From IMG/VR virus record IMGVR_UViG_3300014676_000001, positions 57,432 through 77,431 of that record: a stretch of 20,000 nt of DNA, one strand, 5' to 3'. Shown here in pieces: positions 19,301 to 20,000 of this stretch (the stretch's first letter is position 1; each line of letters opens with the position of its first letter). The stretch comes from an uncultured virus (IMG/VR IMGVR_UViG_3300014676_000001). Its lineage: Duplodnaviria; Heunggongvirae; Uroviricota; Caudoviricetes. The notes beneath the pieces are model-generated. The model was given only the letters and a program-made list of their open reading frames with translations. It was not told where the DNA came from and ran no database searches. The position numbers and the translations under genes were made by a program.

Positions 19301-19899
19301 ACGTGAACGGAAACAAGGCATCCATCAACAGCCTGAACCAGACGTTCTCCGATTACCAGCAGGCCACGGCCACGCAGATAAACGGCATCACGGCGACCAT
19401 CAACGGGCACACGTCAGCGATCACCACCAACGCGCAGGCCATTGCGAACGTCAACGGCGACCTGAAGGCGATGTACAGCATCAAGGTCGGGTTATCCAGC
19501 AACGGCCAGTACTACGCCGCAGGGATGGGGATAGGCGTGGAGAATACGCCGTCCGGCATGCAGTCGCAGATTATCTTCCTGGCTGACCGCTTCGCCGTTA
19601 CTCACCAGGCCGGTGCCACGGTGACCTTACCTTTCGTTATCCAAAACGGGCAGGTGTTCATCAGAGACGCGTTGATAGGTGATGGCACCATCAACAACAA
19701 CAAGATCGGCAACTACATCCAGTCCAATAACTATGTCGCTGGCTCAGTCGGGTGGCGGCTGGATAAGGGCGGTACGTTTGAGAACTACGGTTCGACAGCT
19801 GGTGAGGGGTCCATGAAACAGACAAACCAGACAATCAGCGTGCGGGACTCCAGGAATGTGTTGAGGGTGCAGATCGGGAGAATCACGGGAACATGGTAA
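16348..19899 (+). CDS. J: Central tail fibre / tip attachment protein gpJ, 1183 aa
   Basis: KGGSSSSRTPTEQPDDLQS, YPNTAL, AWTDNPAWIFYD, GCTRQSEANRKGRW; FN3 region, coiled-coil region, FLADRFAV C-terminal region. Confidence 0.97.
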   Translation: MAISTPIRGRKGGSSSSRTPTEQPDDLQSVAKAKILVALGEGEFAGQLTAKDIYLDGTPLENADGSQNFSGVAWEFRPGTQAQKYIQGIPGTENEISVGTEVSSTTAWTHTFTNTLLSAVRLRLKWPSLFKQEDDGDLVGNSINYAVDLQTDGGTWQTVLNTSVTGKTTSGYERSHRIDLPQAGSTWTVRLRKLTPDANSAKIGDTMTLESYTEVIDAKLRYPNTALLYIEFDSSQFNGSIPQIACEPRGRVIRVPDTYDPETRTYSGTWLGAFKWAWTDNPAWIFYDLVVSDRFGLGNRLSAANIDKWTLYQVAQYCDQPVPDGKGGSGTEPRYTCNVYVQERNDAYTVLRDFAAIFRGMTYWGGDQIVALADMPRDVDYSYTRANVVDGRLTYSGSTTNNRYTTALVSWSDPGNAYADAMEPVFEQELVARFGTNQLEMTAIGCTRQSEANRKGRWGILTNNKDRIVSFSVGLDGRIPQPGHIIAVADELLSGKVMGGRISAVNGRVITLDRNSAAAPGSRLMVNLPSGASQSRTIQSVNGRAVTVTTAYSETPAVESVWIVESDELYAQQYRVISVTDNNDGTFSISGAMHDPDKYARIDTGAIIDQRPISVIPPGNQSPPSNIVISSFSVVQQNVSVQTMRVSWDQAKNAIAYEAQWRRNDGNWVNVPRSSTTSFDVPGIYAGRYLVRVRAINAAEISSGWGYSEEKTLTGKDGNPPKPVGFTASENVVFGIELNWGFPANTDDTLKTEIQYSLTGTEDDAILLADVPYPQRKYQQMGLKAGQIFWYRAQLVDRSGNESGYTDFVRGQASIDVSDTTDAILEDMKGSDTFKDLIENAVDSNEKIAGMADDIKQANDELAQQAQEIAKNAQDIWKVQTSVTNLSSTVGDVSSSLSKLEQTVATADTALGQRIDNISVSVDGMAGGVKNSAIAIIQGNLAQVAARKTLSASVAGNSAQLDRIDEVIVNEKEATARSLLSVQTDVNGNKASINSLNQTFSDYQQATATQINGITATINGHTSAITTNAQAIANVNGDLKAMYSIKVGLSSNGQYYAAGMGIGVENTPSGMQSQIIFLADRFAVTHQAGATVTLPFVIQNGQVFIRDALIGDGTINNNKIGNYIQSNNYVAGSVGWRLDKGGTFENYGSTAGEGSMKQTNQTISVRDSRNVLRVQIGRITGTW

Positions 19900-19902
19900 C
19901 GG

Positions 19903-19931
19903 GAGGCCTCTCACGGGGCCTCTTTTTTTTT
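19903..19931 (+). terminator. Intrinsic terminator after J
   Basis: GAGGCCTC-TCAC-GGGGCCTC followed by T9. Confidence 0.85.
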
Positions 19932-19943
19932 CAGGAGGACTGG

Positions 19944-20000
19944 ATGGCGGAATATGGTGTTCAGACATGGGACGCCTCAGGCAATGTAAATAACTATGGC
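19944..20000 (+). CDS. Partial CDS, probable small tail-tip protein downstream of J (runs off the window)
   Basis: AGGAGG at 19933-19938, ATG 19944, MAEYGVQTWDASGNVNNYG open to the window end. Confidence 0.75.
   Translation, partial: MAEYGVQTWDASGNVNNYG

Larger units (their letters stand above)
1..20000 (+). mobile_element. Lambdoid phage/prophage late (packaging, head, tail) region
   Basis: Complete lambda gene order from cos to J; no host genes, integrase or att site visible. Confidence 0.97.

Overview
A lambdoid (siphovirus) phage or prophage morphogenesis region, all on the + strand and apparently intact. It runs cos - terS - terL - W - B (portal) - C/Nu3 - D - E - FI - FII - Z - U - V - G/GT - H - M - L - K - I - J, then the start of a post-J tail-tip gene. 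The cos site is N15-like (GGGCGGCGTCCG, very short cosB, candidate remote inverted R site inside terS). The most unusual element is the gene just left of cos (161-952). By eye it is a miniature composite of this phage's own tail tip: a gpJ-like FN3 segment, permuted gpJ C-terminal strands, and a C-terminus matching that of the tape measure protein. It sits behind a long hairpin leader containing a 37-bp tandem duplication. I propose it as a candidate tail-tip mimic or decoy (inference, untested). All protein calls come from recalled motifs and synteny, not database searches.
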